From assembly GCA_050953885.1 (NCBI GenBank), contig JBMNNJ010000002.1, forward strand, positions 1 through 39,585: DNA of 39,585 nt. Direction: 5' to 3'. A program made the position numbers and the translations under genes. Position 1 is the stretch's first letter. Every line of letters starts with the position of its first letter. The notes beneath the pieces are model-generated. The model did not search any database. It was not told the origin of the DNA and saw only the letters and a program-made list of their open reading frames with translations. Shown in pieces: positions 26,971-36,829 of this stretch. Source of the stretch: Patescibacteria group bacterium. Its GTDB lineage: Bacteria; Patescibacteriota; Microgenomatia; 0-14-0-10-38-17.

Positions 26971-27060
26971 TTTGCCATTTGCCATTTGCGTTTTGAGATT
27001 TTATTATATTTTGATCACAATTTTTATCAGAATAACAAATATCGTTAGTCTGCCATAAAT

Positions 27061-28626
27061 TTAACCGTCATTTATTTCTTTCACCATATAAGTTTCTTCA
27101 AGGTGATATCCATGCCGCCGGTAGTATTCCCGCGCTCCCACGCCGGCAATAACCGCCAAACGAAAATAACCCTTATCTTTGGCAATTTTTTCCGCTTTTA
27201 GCAAAAGCTTTCGGCCCAAGCCCTGATGTTGAGAGGCTTCCTTTCTCTTCCCTCCCAAAGGCAGAGCCTGACCATAAGTGTGGAGTTCGCGGACAAGAGC
27301 CGCTTTTTCCAAAGAGGCAAAAATTGCCGCTTCCTCTTGGGGTAAGAATAAACGCAGGAGAGAATAAAGCCGATTGTCTTGATCAACGAAGCTTAAAAAA
27401 TTTTCTTGGCCGCCGCTAACTTGATATTCCTCCTTATTAAAAAACAGTTTTCCCTGCCTTTTTTCTCCCCCTACTTCTCGACAGCGAACGCACCGGCAGG
27501 TAATTCCCCGTCGTTTTGCTTCTTTTTTCACAATTTGGCGAAGATGAGATTCACGGTAGCCGGCGGCGATATCGCCCTGAGGGATATCCCGACCCAAACG
27601 CTCAATTCTCACCCAAGGGGGAACAATTTCTTTTATTCTTGCTAACAACTCCACTAATTCCTCAAGGCGATAAGGGATAAATTCTCCCCTTTGCCACCAA
27701 GAGTAAAGCTTGGTTTGGGGTAAAACCACCGTCGGGTAAATTTTTAAAAAATCGGGACAAAAATGAGGATCTTGAAAAACAATTTGAAACATCTGAAAAT
27801 CTTTTTCCAAGCTGGAGCCGGGTAAGTTAGGCATCAAATGATAGCAGATTTTAAAACCCGCTTGACGCAAAAGTTTGGTTGCCTCGGCTGTTTTTTTAAC
27901 TTGATGACCACGATTGGCTTTTAACAATACTTCATCGAAAACCGACTGCACTCCCAAAGCCACTTTAGTCACTCCCAAAAGACGTAAAAATTTTATTTCT
28001 CCATCATCAATTAAATCCGGCCTTGTCTCAACGGTTATACCAATAAGGCGTTGGCTAGCCTTTTCGTTTTGACGCTGGGCTTCCTCCAAACTCACCGCTT
28101 TCCTCCCGTTAGCGGCTTCAAAACAAGCCTTAATAAAATCTTCCCGATAAGGGCGGGGGTAGAAAGAAAAAGTCCCCCCCAAAATAATTAACTCAATTTT
28201 TTCAACCGGATGGCCCGATTGCCGCAAAGTTTCTACCCGATAAGAAAACTGGGCGGCCGGATCATAGCCAAGCCTTATTGCCCGCCTCACCGCCGGCTCA
28301 TCGTCAAGATAGCTTTTAGGAACATTTTTTTGCGAAGGGCAATAAACACAGTGGCCCGGACAAGGATACGGTTTAGTCGCCACTGCCACCGGTGCCACGC
28401 CGGAAAGAGTTTTTTGTTTCTTTTGTAAAAGAAGCTTAAAAAGTTCTTCGTCTTCCTTAATTTTCCTCTTTTTAACCAAATTCTGATAAGAAGCCAACAA
28501 CTGATACTTCTTGGGAAAAGGCTGCCCGGTTTTCTGGGAAAAAGCGGCTTCCGCCTGCCGCAGGGAAAGATAATCTTTCCTTTTACTTTTCAAAAGCTGG
28601 TAAACAATCTCCTCGATATCATTCAT
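27061..28626 (-). CDS. elp3: Elp3-family tRNA uridine(34) carboxymethyltransferase (radical SAM + GNAT)
   Basis: TLSGVAPVAV, CPGHCVYCP, ETRPD, LKIYP, VRELHTYG, QHQGLG, GVGAREYYRR; likely ATG 28626. Confidence 0.93.
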   Translation of the reverse strand: MNDIEEIVYQLLKSKRKDYLSLRQAEAAFSQKTGQPFPKKYQLLASYQNLVKKRKIKEDEELFKLLLQKKQKTLSGVAPVAVATKPYPCPGHCVYCPSQKNVPKSYLDDEPAVRRAIRLGYDPAAQFSYRVETLRQSGHPVEKIELIILGGTFSFYPRPYREDFIKACFEAANGRKAVSLEEAQRQNEKASQRLIGITVETRPDLIDDGEIKFLRLLGVTKVALGVQSVFDEVLLKANRGHQVKKTAEATKLLRQAGFKICYHLMPNLPGSSLEKDFQMFQIVFQDPHFCPDFLKIYPTVVLPQTKLYSWWQRGEFIPYRLEELVELLARIKEIVPPWVRIERLGRDIPQGDIAAGYRESHLRQIVKKEAKRRGITCRCVRCREVGGEKRQGKLFFNKEEYQVSGGQENFLSFVDQDNRLYSLLRLFLPQEEAAIFASLEKAALVRELHTYGQALPLGGKRKEASQHQGLGRKLLLKAEKIAKDKGYFRLAVIAGVGAREYYRRHGYHLEETYMVKEINDG

Positions 28627-28659
28627 AAAAGTATCAAAATATTGATATACTACTAATAA

Positions 28660-28790
28660 AATCTCAAAACGCAAATCTCAAAACTCAAAACTACAACTCA
28701 AAACGCAAATCTAAAAAGTAAATCTTTAAACTTAAAAAGTTTTAACATTTGCCATGTAGTTTTGACATTTAACATTTAAGCTTTGAGTTT
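28660..28790. repeat. Heptamer inverted-arm module without inserted palindromes
   Basis: shares ctaaaaagtaaatctttaaacttaaaaagttttaacatttgccatgtagt with both 390-bp repeats. Confidence 0.85.
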
Positions 28791-28800
28791 CTATTATATA

Positions 28801-29589
28801 ATGAACTACCAAAAAGAGCTAAAAAAACAGCTGGAAAAAGCCCTTAAAAAAGCCCTTGGCCAGGAAAAGAAAGTTGCCGCCATTTTCTCCGGCGGCATTG
28901 ATAGCGCCTTGCTTGCCTATAGCGCCCATAATCTAGGCTGTCAAGTGAGCGCTTTCACGGTGGGAACAGCGCAAAGCCAAGATATTAAGTTTTCCCAAAA
29001 AATCGCTACCCCTTTTACCAGAAAAATTAAAATCGCTCGCCCCGAAGAAATTAAAAAAGCGGCTCAAAAGGTTATCGCCATTTTATCCCAAAATCAAATT
29101 AAATTGGATTTAATGCAAGTTTCTCTTGCCACCGGCCTTTTTTTAACGCTTAAAGAAATAAAAAAAGAAGAAATTGGGGTTGCTTTTTCCGGGCAGGGCG
29201 CCGACGAGCTTTTTGCCGGTTATTTTAAATTAAGAAAAATAACCAACCAGGCAATTTTGGATCAGGCGATCAGAAAAGAAACCCAAAGGGCCTTATTGGT
29301 TGACCAAAAAAGAGACCGGGCCATCGCCTCTTCTTTGGGAATTAATCTTAAAACTCCTTATCTTGATCCCGATTTTATCGATTTTGCCTTAAAAATCCCC
29401 ATTGAGGAAAAAATAACTAAAAACTTTGAGGGGGAACCTATTGATAAAAACCTTTTAAGAAGCTTAGGAAAACAAATAGGGTTACCGGAAGTAATTTTTA
29501 GACGTCCAAAAAAATCCTTTCAATATTCCACCGGCATTCAAAAAGAAATTAAAAAAGAAGTGCCTCTTCCTCGTGAAGTTAGCGTTTAG
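28801..29589 (+). CDS. Asparagine-synthetase-like synthetase domain protein (no glutaminase domain)
   Basis: FSGGIDS PP-loop, SGQGADELFAGY, PYLD, K..LR, RPKK.FQY. Confidence 0.88.
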   Translation: MNYQKELKKQLEKALKKALGQEKKVAAIFSGGIDSALLAYSAHNLGCQVSAFTVGTAQSQDIKFSQKIATPFTRKIKIARPEEIKKAAQKVIAILSQNQIKLDLMQVSLATGLFLTLKEIKKEEIGVAFSGQGADELFAGYFKLRKITNQAILDQAIRKETQRALLVDQKRDRAIASSLGINLKTPYLDPDFIDFALKIPIEEKITKNFEGEPIDKNLLRSLGKQIGLPEVIFRRPKKSFQYSTGIQKEIKKEVPLPREVSV

Positions 29590-29995
29590 GCGATTGCCGT
29601 TTACGCCGGGCTTTGCCGCCCATACCGGCCTTTCGTCTTTCCCGTTCCCGGGGATCACGGGTTAAAAAGCCCGCCTTTTTAAGAACCGCTCGATATTTTT
29701 CCCTGTCAAAACTTGATAACGCCCGCGCTATGCCGTGGATTGTTGCTTCAAGCTGGCCGTTAGGTCCACCACCAACCACCTTCACGCTCACCCAAAATTT
29801 TTCTTCACTCCCGGTTAAAACAAACGGTTCCAAAAAACGTGTCTGCGCTAATGGGGAAGGAAAATACTCTCTCGCTTTCTTGCCGTTCACCAAATTTTCT
29901 CCCTTTCCCCGATAAAGCCAAACCCGGGCTGTCGCCCGTCGCCGACTGCCCGTAGCCTTGACTAAAGGCTTTTTGGTTATTTTTTGTGTTTCCAT
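29579..29995 (-). CDS. rpsI: 30S ribosomal protein S9
   Basis: GGGPNGQ, GFLTRDPRERERRK, QSPKR. Confidence 0.97.
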   Translation of the reverse strand: METQKITKKPLVKATGSRRRATARVWLYRGKGENLVNGKKAREYFPSPLAQTRFLEPFVLTGSEEKFWVSVKVVGGGPNGQLEATIHGIARALSSFDREKYRAVLKKAGFLTRDPRERERRKAGMGGKARRKRQSPKR

Positions 29996-30008
29996 AACTA
30001 ATATCTCC

Positions 30009-30446
30009 TTAATCTTTATTTTTTATTTTTTCTTCATACGGATTTTTCTCGTCGGCAAAAACATAAAGACGCTTAATCATTTGATCACGCAATTTATTCT
30101 TTGGCAACATTCCCCATACCGCCTGACGAATAATTTTTTCCGGGTTTTTTTGCCTTACCTGCTCAAAAGTCTTTTCGTTTAAACCGCCGGGATACCCCGA
30201 ATAATGCCGGTAAACCTTCTGTGTTCCTTTTTTACCACCCACTCTTATCTTGGCCGCATTAATGGCCACCACATAATCACCACAATCATATTGACGAGTA
30301 AAATAAGATTTGTTTTTGCCCATTAAAAGGGTGGCAATCTCTACCGCCTCTCTTCCCAAAATTTTACCCTCCAAGTTAACTAAATGCCACTGACGCTTAA
30401 TTTCTTCCTTACGAGTAATTTTCGTTTTTTGTTTTTTTTGCTTCAT
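30009..30446 (-). CDS. rplM: 50S ribosomal protein L13
   Basis: LGR.A, DCGDYVVAINA, HYSGYPGGL, GMLPKN. Confidence 0.97.
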   Translation of the reverse strand: MKQKKQKTKITRKEEIKRQWHLVNLEGKILGREAVEIATLLMGKNKSYFTRQYDCGDYVVAINAAKIRVGGKKGTQKVYRHYSGYPGGLNEKTFEQVRQKNPEKIIRQAVWGMLPKNKLRDQMIKRLYVFADEKNPYEEKIKNKD

Positions 30447-30449
30447 AAT

Positions 30450-30923
30450 TTATTTTCCCTCTGATCCTTTTTTAACTGCTTCTCTTTTTGTTCTTTTCTC
30501 CTTCGCCGGCGAGGATTTTTCTGCTCCCTTTTTCTCCTTTATTGTCTTTTTCTTCTCCTCCGCCTCTTCAATTTTATCCACTAACTCAACTTTGGCCATC
30601 ATTGCCCCGTCTCCTTGCCTCTGACCTAATTTAAAAAGGCGGGAATAACCGCTCTGACGATTTTTAGCCTGCGGAGCAATTTTCTCTACTAAATTTTTGG
30701 CAGCACCGGGAGAAAGAGAGGCAAAAATAAAACGTTTTTCTTGGAGAGTCCCTTCCTTAGCCTTATTAATTAACCGGTCAATCTCTTTTTGAATAACCTT
30801 TGCTTTTGCCAAAGTAGTGGTTATCTCCCCATTTTCAAAAAAACTGTTAAGAAGAGTTTTAAAAAGCGCCTGACGAGCTTTAGGGCTCCGATTGAGTTTC
30901 CGACCTTTTTTCCGATGTTTCAC
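30450..30923 (-). CDS. rplQ: 50S ribosomal protein L17
   Basis: KHRKKGRKLNR, ITTTLAKAK, SGYSR, RQGDGA; GTG start overlaps the rpoA stop (GTGA). Confidence 0.95.
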   Translation of the reverse strand: MKHRKKGRKLNRSPKARQALFKTLLNSFFENGEITTTLAKAKVIQKEIDRLINKAKEGTLQEKRFIFASLSPGAAKNLVEKIAPQAKNRQSGYSRLFKLGQRQGDGAMMAKVELVDKIEEAEEKKKTIKEKKGAEKSSPAKEKRTKREAVKKGSEGK

Positions 30924-31816
30924 GACCAATCCACCCCCTGCGCTTTCAAAATTTCCCCAATTGCCTCAATTGACTTTTGACCTAAATTTCTCACCCCCGC
31001 CAGGTCCTCCGGTTTAGCTTTAACTAAATCGCCCACTTTTTTAAAACCGGCTTTCTCTAAAGCATTAATCGTTCTTGTTGGCAAGTCTAGTTCCACCACG
31101 CTGGTTTTTAAAAACGGCAAGGCGGGCGTTTTCTTTTCCTTGTGATGGTTGTGGTTAGGAGTAATAATTTGATTTAAAGAAGCGATCAGAAGAGAAGCGC
31201 CTTCTTTTAAAGCCTCACGCGGCGCGACTGTCCCGTCCGTGGTGATCTCCATTTCCAATTTTTCCTCTCCAAAACCCGCCGGCAACGGCTCCACCGAATA
31301 ATTAACTTTTAAAATCGGCGTGAAAACCGCATCAATAGCAATTTCTCCTTTGGTTGTTGATCGTCTCGGTTCTGCCGGCGAATAACCCCACCCTTCCTCC
31401 ACCGTTACCTCGCCAGAGAAAACTGTTTTTTCATCCGAAAGATGGGCCAAAACCAAATCTTTATTAACCACCTCCAGTCCCGCCGACACTTCCAGATCGC
31501 CCGCCCTTACTTCTCCCGGGCCCTTCTTGCTAAATTTAACTTTCACTGGTTTTTTTGCTTCCCCGCTAAATCTTACCTTTTTAAAATTTAAAATTATCTC
31601 CACTAAATCTTCTTTTACTCCTTTTAGAGTGTCAAACTGGTGAGTGGCTCCTTTCACTCTAATTTTGGTAATCGCTTTTCCCCTAACCGCGGTTAAAAGA
31701 AGTCGGCGAAGAGGATTACCTAAGGTATGGCCCAAGCCTTCCGGCAGGGGAGAAAAAATAAAACGGCTCACTTTTTCCCCTTCTTTTTTTTCGTCAAGGC
31801 TAAATTCGATTTTCAT
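30920..31816 (-). CDS. rpoA: RNA polymerase alpha subunit
   Basis: PLPEGLGHTLGNPLRR, GVKED, IDAVFTP, RNLGQKS. Confidence 0.97.
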   Translation of the reverse strand: MKIEFSLDEKKEGEKVSRFIFSPLPEGLGHTLGNPLRRLLLTAVRGKAITKIRVKGATHQFDTLKGVKEDLVEIILNFKKVRFSGEAKKPVKVKFSKKGPGEVRAGDLEVSAGLEVVNKDLVLAHLSDEKTVFSGEVTVEEGWGYSPAEPRRSTTKGEIAIDAVFTPILKVNYSVEPLPAGFGEEKLEMEITTDGTVAPREALKEGASLLIASLNQIITPNHNHHKEKKTPALPFLKTSVVELDLPTRTINALEKAGFKKVGDLVKAKPEDLAGVRNLGQKSIEAIGEILKAQGVDWS

Positions 31817-31878
31817 CTTTAGTTTGAAAAGCTTTTCTTATTTTAACAAAAAAACTCAAAAATACAACTCCCTTTTAA

Positions 31879-32496
31879 TTAACGCGAATAGGATTCAATA
31901 ATTCGCAAAATATCGGCCCCAGCGTCAACTTCTTCTTTGGCGGGCAGTCTCTCCAGTTTCCCCACCAAGGCCTGCCGCTTTAGCCAAGGCGATGGCGTTT
32001 CTTTTTCTTCAACAGCCTTAGCCACCGTCGGTATTTTCATCGCTTCCTTATTAAGCATTATTGTTTGTCCCACCTTTACCTGATAAGAGGCCGCCTGAAC
32101 CTTTTTGCCATTAACCAACACATGACCGTGGCTAATAAGTTGACGCGCCGTTCTTCGGTTGGGAGCAAACTTGAGACGAAAAATAACGCTATCCAACCGC
32201 GATTCTAAAAGCTGAAAAAGAACAAAATCCGTTTCTTCTTTTCCTCGTCTTGCTTCCTCGAAATACCTTTTTAACTGCCTTTCCGACAAACCATAAGAAA
32301 CTTTTAATTTTTGTTTTTCGGTTAATTGATCCTTATAAGAAGAGGGGCGGGAAAATCTTTTCCCGTGCATCCCCGGCGGAATGGCTCCTTTTCTTTCCAA
32401 TGGACAAGCATGAGTAAAACAACGCTCTCCTTTTAGAAAAAGTTTTACCCCCAAACGACGGCATTGGCGGCACTTTGGCCCGGTTTTATCAGTCAT
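31879..32496 (-). CDS. rpsD: 30S ribosomal protein S4
   Basis: GPKCRQCRRLGVKLFLKG, LESRLD, ARQLISHGH. Confidence 0.97.
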   Translation of the reverse strand: MTDKTGPKCRQCRRLGVKLFLKGERCFTHACPLERKGAIPPGMHGKRFSRPSSYKDQLTEKQKLKVSYGLSERQLKRYFEEARRGKEETDFVLFQLLESRLDSVIFRLKFAPNRRTARQLISHGHVLVNGKKVQAASYQVKVGQTIMLNKEAMKIPTVAKAVEEKETPSPWLKRQALVGKLERLPAKEEVDAGADILRIIESYSR

Positions 32497-32512
32497 TTTT
32501 TATTTATTATTT

Positions 32513-32550
32513 AATATCTCGTTTTCTTAATATCTTAGTATCTTAGTATC
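32513..32550. repeat. Short ATCTTAGT-like tandem repeat
   Basis: aatatctcgttttcttaatatcttagtatcttagtatc. Confidence 0.5.
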
Positions 32551-32555
32551 TTTTT

Positions 32556-32921
32556 TTATGCTCCTCTTCTCTTTTTTTTCTTCCTCGGCCCATTATGAGG
32601 CATCGGGGTAACATCGGCAATTAAAATTAACTGCAAACCGGCGGCTCGTAAAGCCCGCAAGGCCGCGTCTCTTCCTGCCCCCGGCCCTTTTATAAACACC
32701 TCTACTTCCTCCACTCCCAATTCTTTTGCTCTTTTAGCGGCTTTTTCCGCCGTCACCGTCGCCGCATAAGCGGTCTGCTTACGCGCTCCCTTAAAACCGC
32801 ACCCACCGGCAGAAGCCCAACAAAGAGTCTTCCCCTCCATGTCGGTAACCGTCACAATGGTATTATTAAAAGTGGTGTGAATATTAACCCGGGCTCGTTT
32901 TGTTTTTGCTTTAGTTGTCAT
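32556..32921 (-). CDS. rpsK: 30S ribosomal protein S11
   Basis: [24 protein letters not shown]. Confidence 0.97.
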   Translation of the reverse strand: MTTKAKTKRARVNIHTTFNNTIVTVTDMEGKTLCWASAGGCGFKGARKQTAYAATVTAEKAAKRAKELGVEEVEVFIKGPGAGRDAALRALRAAGLQLILIADVTPMPHNGPRKKKKRRGA

Positions 32922-33355
32922 TTGCCTTTATTAGTTTTATCCTCGCTTCCTTTACTTTCTCCTGTTGTTCCTTCCATTTTTGCCAAAACTTCTTTCTTTA
33001 ACGCCCCAATGGTCATCCGCTTGCCTCTTTTGGTACGCGCGTTGGTCTTCGTTCGCTGTCCCCGAACAGGCAGATTGGCAAGATGCCGCTTCCCCCGATA
33101 ACAACCAATTCTTTTTAACCGCTCGATATTCGCATTAACTTCGCCCCGCAAATCTCCCTCAATTTTAATTTGAGAAACCACTTGATTTAGGGCGGCTACC
33201 TCTTCTTCTTTCAAATCGCGCGCCCGTTTTTGGGCAGAAACACCCGCTTTCTCAAGAATTTCCCCCACATTCCCCGGACCAATGCCATAAATACGGGTTA
33301 ACGACAAATCAATTTTTTCTTGTTCGGGAATATTAATTCCAGCAATTCTGGGCAT
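32918..33355 (-). CDS. rpsM: 30S ribosomal protein S13
   Basis: [25 protein letters not shown]. Confidence 0.97.
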   Translation of the reverse strand: MPRIAGINIPEQEKIDLSLTRIYGIGPGNVGEILEKAGVSAQKRARDLKEEEVAALNQVVSQIKIEGDLRGEVNANIERLKRIGCYRGKRHLANLPVRGQRTKTNARTKRGKRMTIGALKKEVLAKMEGTTGESKGSEDKTNKGK

Positions 33356-33374
33356 AACTAATTATTAAATTGTT

Positions 33375-33430
33375 GCGGGCGGATGCAATCCGCCCCTACT
33401 TTTGAATTTTGAATTTTAAATTTTGAATTT
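33375..33430. repeat. GTAG-type REP plus ttttgaa heptamer arm
   Basis: gcgggcggatgcaatccgcccctac then ttttgaattttgaattttaaattttgaa. Confidence 0.7.
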
Positions 33431-33431
33431 T

Positions 33432-33545
33432 TTACCCTTGTCTCTGCTTATGCTTTGGATTTTTACAAACCACATAAACCCGCCCCCGACGGCGCACTAT
33501 TTTACAATCCCGACATCGTTTTTTAACTGACGCCTGCACTTTCAT
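33432..33545 (-). CDS. rpmJ: 50S ribosomal protein L36 (absent from the ORF track)
   Basis: hand translation [37 protein letters not shown]. Confidence 0.97.
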   Translation of the reverse strand: MKVQASVKKRCRDCKIVRRRGRVYVVCKNPKHKQRQG

Positions 33546-33607
33546 GATAATAAGTTAAAAACCCACCGGATTAAACAAAACACTTACAGGATATAGAGCG
33601 GGAAATT

Positions 33608-33826
33608 CTAAAGACGGTAAACAATCCAGCCTCTTTTCTCGTCATAAGGACTTAACTCCACCCGCACCCGATCACCGGGGATAACTTTAATCCGGTAAAG
33701 TTTCATTTTCCCCTTAAGAGTAGCCAATACCTCTCGCCCATCATCAAGTTTGAGACGAAAAAGTAAATTAGGTAAAACCTCCTTTACTTCGCCTTCAAAA
33801 ATTTCTTTTGCTTCTTTCTTAATCAT
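33608..33826 (-). CDS. infA: Translation initiation factor IF-1
   Basis: EVLPN..FR, GKM, I.VIPGDRVRVELSPYD; likely ATG 33826. Confidence 0.96.
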   Translation of the reverse strand: MIKKEAKEIFEGEVKEVLPNLLFRLKLDDGREVLATLKGKMKLYRIKVIPGDRVRVELSPYDEKRGWIVYRL

Positions 33827-33903
33827 TAAAAATAAACAAAAATCTTGCCACCAAATCAATAGTCTATTTTAACACCCTCTGCCTTAAAAATCCACCCTGC
33901 TTT

Positions 33904-34557
33904 CTAATTTTTAATTTTCAATTTCTTAATTTCTTCTTTAATTTCCTGATAAACCGCTTCAATTGACGCCTCACCATCAATCGTCACTAAATTCCCTTCT
34001 TTTTTGAAAAATTCCAATACCGGTAAGGTTTCTCTTTCAAAAACCGCCAGTCTTTTTCTAATCGCCGCCGGTTTTTCATCTTCGCGGCAAACTAGCCTTG
34101 ACCCGCAAGAGTCGCATACATTTTCTCTCTTTGGCGGCTTGGTTTCTAAATTATAAACCGCGCCGCAATTGGGGCAAATTCTCCTTGAGCCCAAACGCTT
34201 CACCACCACTTCCGGCCGCACTTTCAGATAAATAGCCAAGCTTACTCCACCCAATTTTTCTAAATGCGAAGTTAAAATTTTTGCCTGCTCTAAATTCCGG
34301 GGGTAACCATCAAATAAAATCCCTTCTCTCCCAACTTTACTTAAAAAATCGGCTAAAATTTCCGCCATTATCTCCTCTGGCACTAATTCCCCTCGTCTTA
34401 AAATTTCTTTTATTTTCCTTCCTAAAGGCGTTTCCTCTTTGGCCAGCTGACGCAAAATGTCACCGGTTGAGAAAACTTTTAAATTAAATTCCTCGGCAAT
34501 TCTTTCTGCCTGCGTTCCCTTTCCCGATCCCGGGGGCCCCAATAAAACTAAATTCAT
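33904..34557 (-). CDS. adk: Adenylate kinase (zinc-lid type)
   Basis: LGPPGSGKGTQA, STGDILR, DGYPRN, CPNC...CDSC. Confidence 0.96.
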   Translation of the reverse strand: MNLVLLGPPGSGKGTQAERIAEEFNLKVFSTGDILRQLAKEETPLGRKIKEILRRGELVPEEIMAEILADFLSKVGREGILFDGYPRNLEQAKILTSHLEKLGGVSLAIYLKVRPEVVVKRLGSRRICPNCGAVYNLETKPPKRENVCDSCGSRLVCREDEKPAAIRKRLAVFERETLPVLEFFKKEGNLVTIDGEASIEAVYQEIKEEIKKLKIKN

Positions 34558-34558
34558 T

Positions 34559-35857
34559 TTAATAATTTTCTAAAAATTTTTCGTAACCCCTTGCCTCCAT
34601 CATGCTTTCCAACGTTTTGGCCGTTTCCAAAACCACCGAAACAATAATCAGCGTTCCCGTTCCCCCCAAGGCAATGGTGCCAATACCGGTCAAGCGTTGA
34701 GTAAAAACCGGCAAAATTGCCACCACCCCTAAAAAAATCGCTCCCGGCAAAGTCAAACGCAAGGAAAGGTAGTTTAAATAATTAGCCGTCGCCTTGCCCG
34801 GCCGCACGCCGGGAATAAAACCGCCATTTTTTTGGATTGTTTCGGCAATTTTTTCCGGATTAAAAACAATCATCGTATAAAAAAAGGTAAAGGCAACCAC
34901 CAAAAGAAAATAAACAAAATTATAGGTAAAGCCGTCGGGCCTAAAAAGCGCCGCCAAGCTTTGAGCAAAATTTCTTATCCCCTCGTTTTGCACCTGTCCT
35001 AAAAATTGTCCCAACATTGAGGGAAGTAAAACCACCGAAACGGCAAAAATAATCGGAATCACCCCCGCCTGATTAAGGCGCAGGGGCAAATAAGCGACTC
35101 CCCCACCATACATTTTTCTCCCCTGAACACGCCGGGCGTAATGAACCGAAAGACGCCGCACCGCCTCGTTGACAAAAATAATCCCCGCCACCACCGCCAA
35201 AGAAAGCGCCAAAAAAAGAAAAAAGTTAAGCCAACTGCCTCCTTGGGAAACAATCGCGATCGTTTGGGCAAAGTCTTGGGGAAGCTGGCTGATAATCCCG
35301 GCAAAAATCAAAAGAGAAATGCCGTTGCCCACCCCATACTCGCTAATTAAATTCCCCAGCCAAATTAAAATAAAAGTGCCTGCCGTTAAAGAGGCCACCA
35401 AAGATACCAACAATACCGACGGCAAGCTTCCAATCACTCCCTGATTTTTAAAAAGAGCATACATCCCTAACGACTGGAAGATAGCCAAGGGAAGAGTGGC
35501 TAATTTGGTATAACGCTCTATCTTTCGCCGACCCTCCTCGCCCTCATGAGTTAAACGCTCAAAATAGGGAAACATAAAGCCTAAAAGCTGAAAAATAATG
35601 GAAGCGTTAATGTAAGGAGCCAGTCCTAGCGCGGTCACCGAAAAATTAGCCAGCGTCCCCCCCGAGAAAATATTTAAAAGCCCCAAAAATTGGTTACCGG
35701 AAAAAATTGTTTTTAAAACCTCACGATTGACCCCCGGCAGAGGGATATGAGCTAAAAATCGCAAAACCACCAAAAAACCCAACGTCGCCAGCAGTTTTTT
35801 CCTGATATCTTTTATCCGCCAACAGGAAGAAAAAAAGCTAAGAAGTTTTTTAAGCAT
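34559..35857 (-). CDS. secY: Preprotein translocase SecY
   Basis: LGLAPYINASII, GNGISLLIFAG, AGVIPIIFA, IPGVRPG; likely ATG 35857. Confidence 0.97.
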   Translation of the reverse strand: MLKKLLSFFSSCWRIKDIRKKLLATLGFLVVLRFLAHIPLPGVNREVLKTIFSGNQFLGLLNIFSGGTLANFSVTALGLAPYINASIIFQLLGFMFPYFERLTHEGEEGRRKIERYTKLATLPLAIFQSLGMYALFKNQGVIGSLPSVLLVSLVASLTAGTFILIWLGNLISEYGVGNGISLLIFAGIISQLPQDFAQTIAIVSQGGSWLNFFLFLALSLAVVAGIIFVNEAVRRLSVHYARRVQGRKMYGGGVAYLPLRLNQAGVIPIIFAVSVVLLPSMLGQFLGQVQNEGIRNFAQSLAALFRPDGFTYNFVYFLLVVAFTFFYTMIVFNPEKIAETIQKNGGFIPGVRPGKATANYLNYLSLRLTLPGAIFLGVVAILPVFTQRLTGIGTIALGGTGTLIIVSVVLETAKTLESMMEARGYEKFLENY

Positions 35858-36296
35858 AAACCTTGCCTCCCGCTTTTTCAATTTTTCCCCGCGCTCCTTT
35901 TGAGCAGGGAAGAGTTACTTCCAAGGGTTTTTTAATTTCTCCTCTGCCTAAAATCTTAACCCCTCTTTTGGCCTCATCTTTTTTTACCAAACCCTTTTTC
36001 ACCAGCATCTCCAGAGAAATCTTCTCACCAGCAGAGAAACAGCTCAACTGGCCTAAATTAATAATGATTGCCTTTTCTTGTCGCGGCTTAAACTTATCTT
36101 TACCCCGCAAAAGAGGCAGGCGCCGCAAGAGTGATTTTTGAGTTTTTTTACCTTCAAAAAGAAGAAAAGGCTGATGACGCGAGTTTTGCCCCTTTTGGCC
36201 TCGCCCGACGGTATGGCCGCCCTTGCCCGAGCCATAACCTCGGCCAATTCTTTTTTTCTTTTTACTGCTGGTTTTTGGTAGGCTGTTAAGCAACAT
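35850..36296 (-). CDS. rplO: 50S ribosomal protein L15
   Basis: RIGRGYGSGKGGHTVGRGQKGQ, VKILGRG, KIEKAGG; likely ATG 36296. Confidence 0.95.
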   Translation of the reverse strand: MLLNSLPKTSSKKKKRIGRGYGSGKGGHTVGRGQKGQNSRHQPFLLFEGKKTQKSLLRRLPLLRGKDKFKPRQEKAIIINLGQLSCFSAGEKISLEMLVKKGLVKKDEAKRGVKILGRGEIKKPLEVTLPCSKGARGKIEKAGGKVYA

Positions 36297-36765
36297 ATGC
36301 CTTAAGTTCTTTAAGCGCCTCAAGAAGAGCCAAGAGATTATTACGCTTGTTGTTGGCGCCCAAAATTTTAACGGAAATATCTTTTATTCCCGCCGCCTCA
36401 AGAAGAGGTTTTAGGGTTTGAGCGGCAATGAGGCCGCTTCCCGCCGGCGCCGGTTTTAAAAAAACTTTCGCTGAACCCACCTTTTTAGTAATATCATGGG
36501 GAATTGTTGTTTCCCGTCGGCCCACCTCCACCATCGATTTAGCCGCTTTTCTTTTCCCCTTTGCCACCGCCGAAGCCACATCGGGCCCTTTTCCCAAAGC
36601 CAAACCAACATGACCATTACGGTCCCCCGTTACTACCAAGGCGGTAAAAGAAATCTGATTACCACCCTCGGTTTTTTTCGAAACCCTCTTAATCTCAATC
36701 ACTTGAGTGAAAAGCTCTTCTTCGCTCTTATTAACTGGTTTTTTTTCTTCTTTATTCATAAACAT
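36286..36765 (-). CDS. rpsE: 30S ribosomal protein S5
   Basis: RVSKKTEGG, FTALVVTGD, TIPH, PAPAGSG. Confidence 0.96.
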   Translation of the reverse strand: MFMNKEEKKPVNKSEEELFTQVIEIKRVSKKTEGGNQISFTALVVTGDRNGHVGLALGKGPDVASAVAKGKRKAAKSMVEVGRRETTIPHDITKKVGSAKVFLKPAPAGSGLIAAQTLKPLLEAAGIKDISVKILGANNKRNNLLALLEALKELKAYVA

Positions 36766-36829
36766 AATAAGATAAAACTTAATCTTATTACACCTTAGAG
36801 GTGGGTTACTATTTGCACCTCTGGTAAAA

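Noticed and set aside
36794-36816. cacct/aggtg palindromes between rplR and rpsE as a regulatory RNA
   Set aside because: Single short occurrence; more likely another REP-like remnant, function unsupported.
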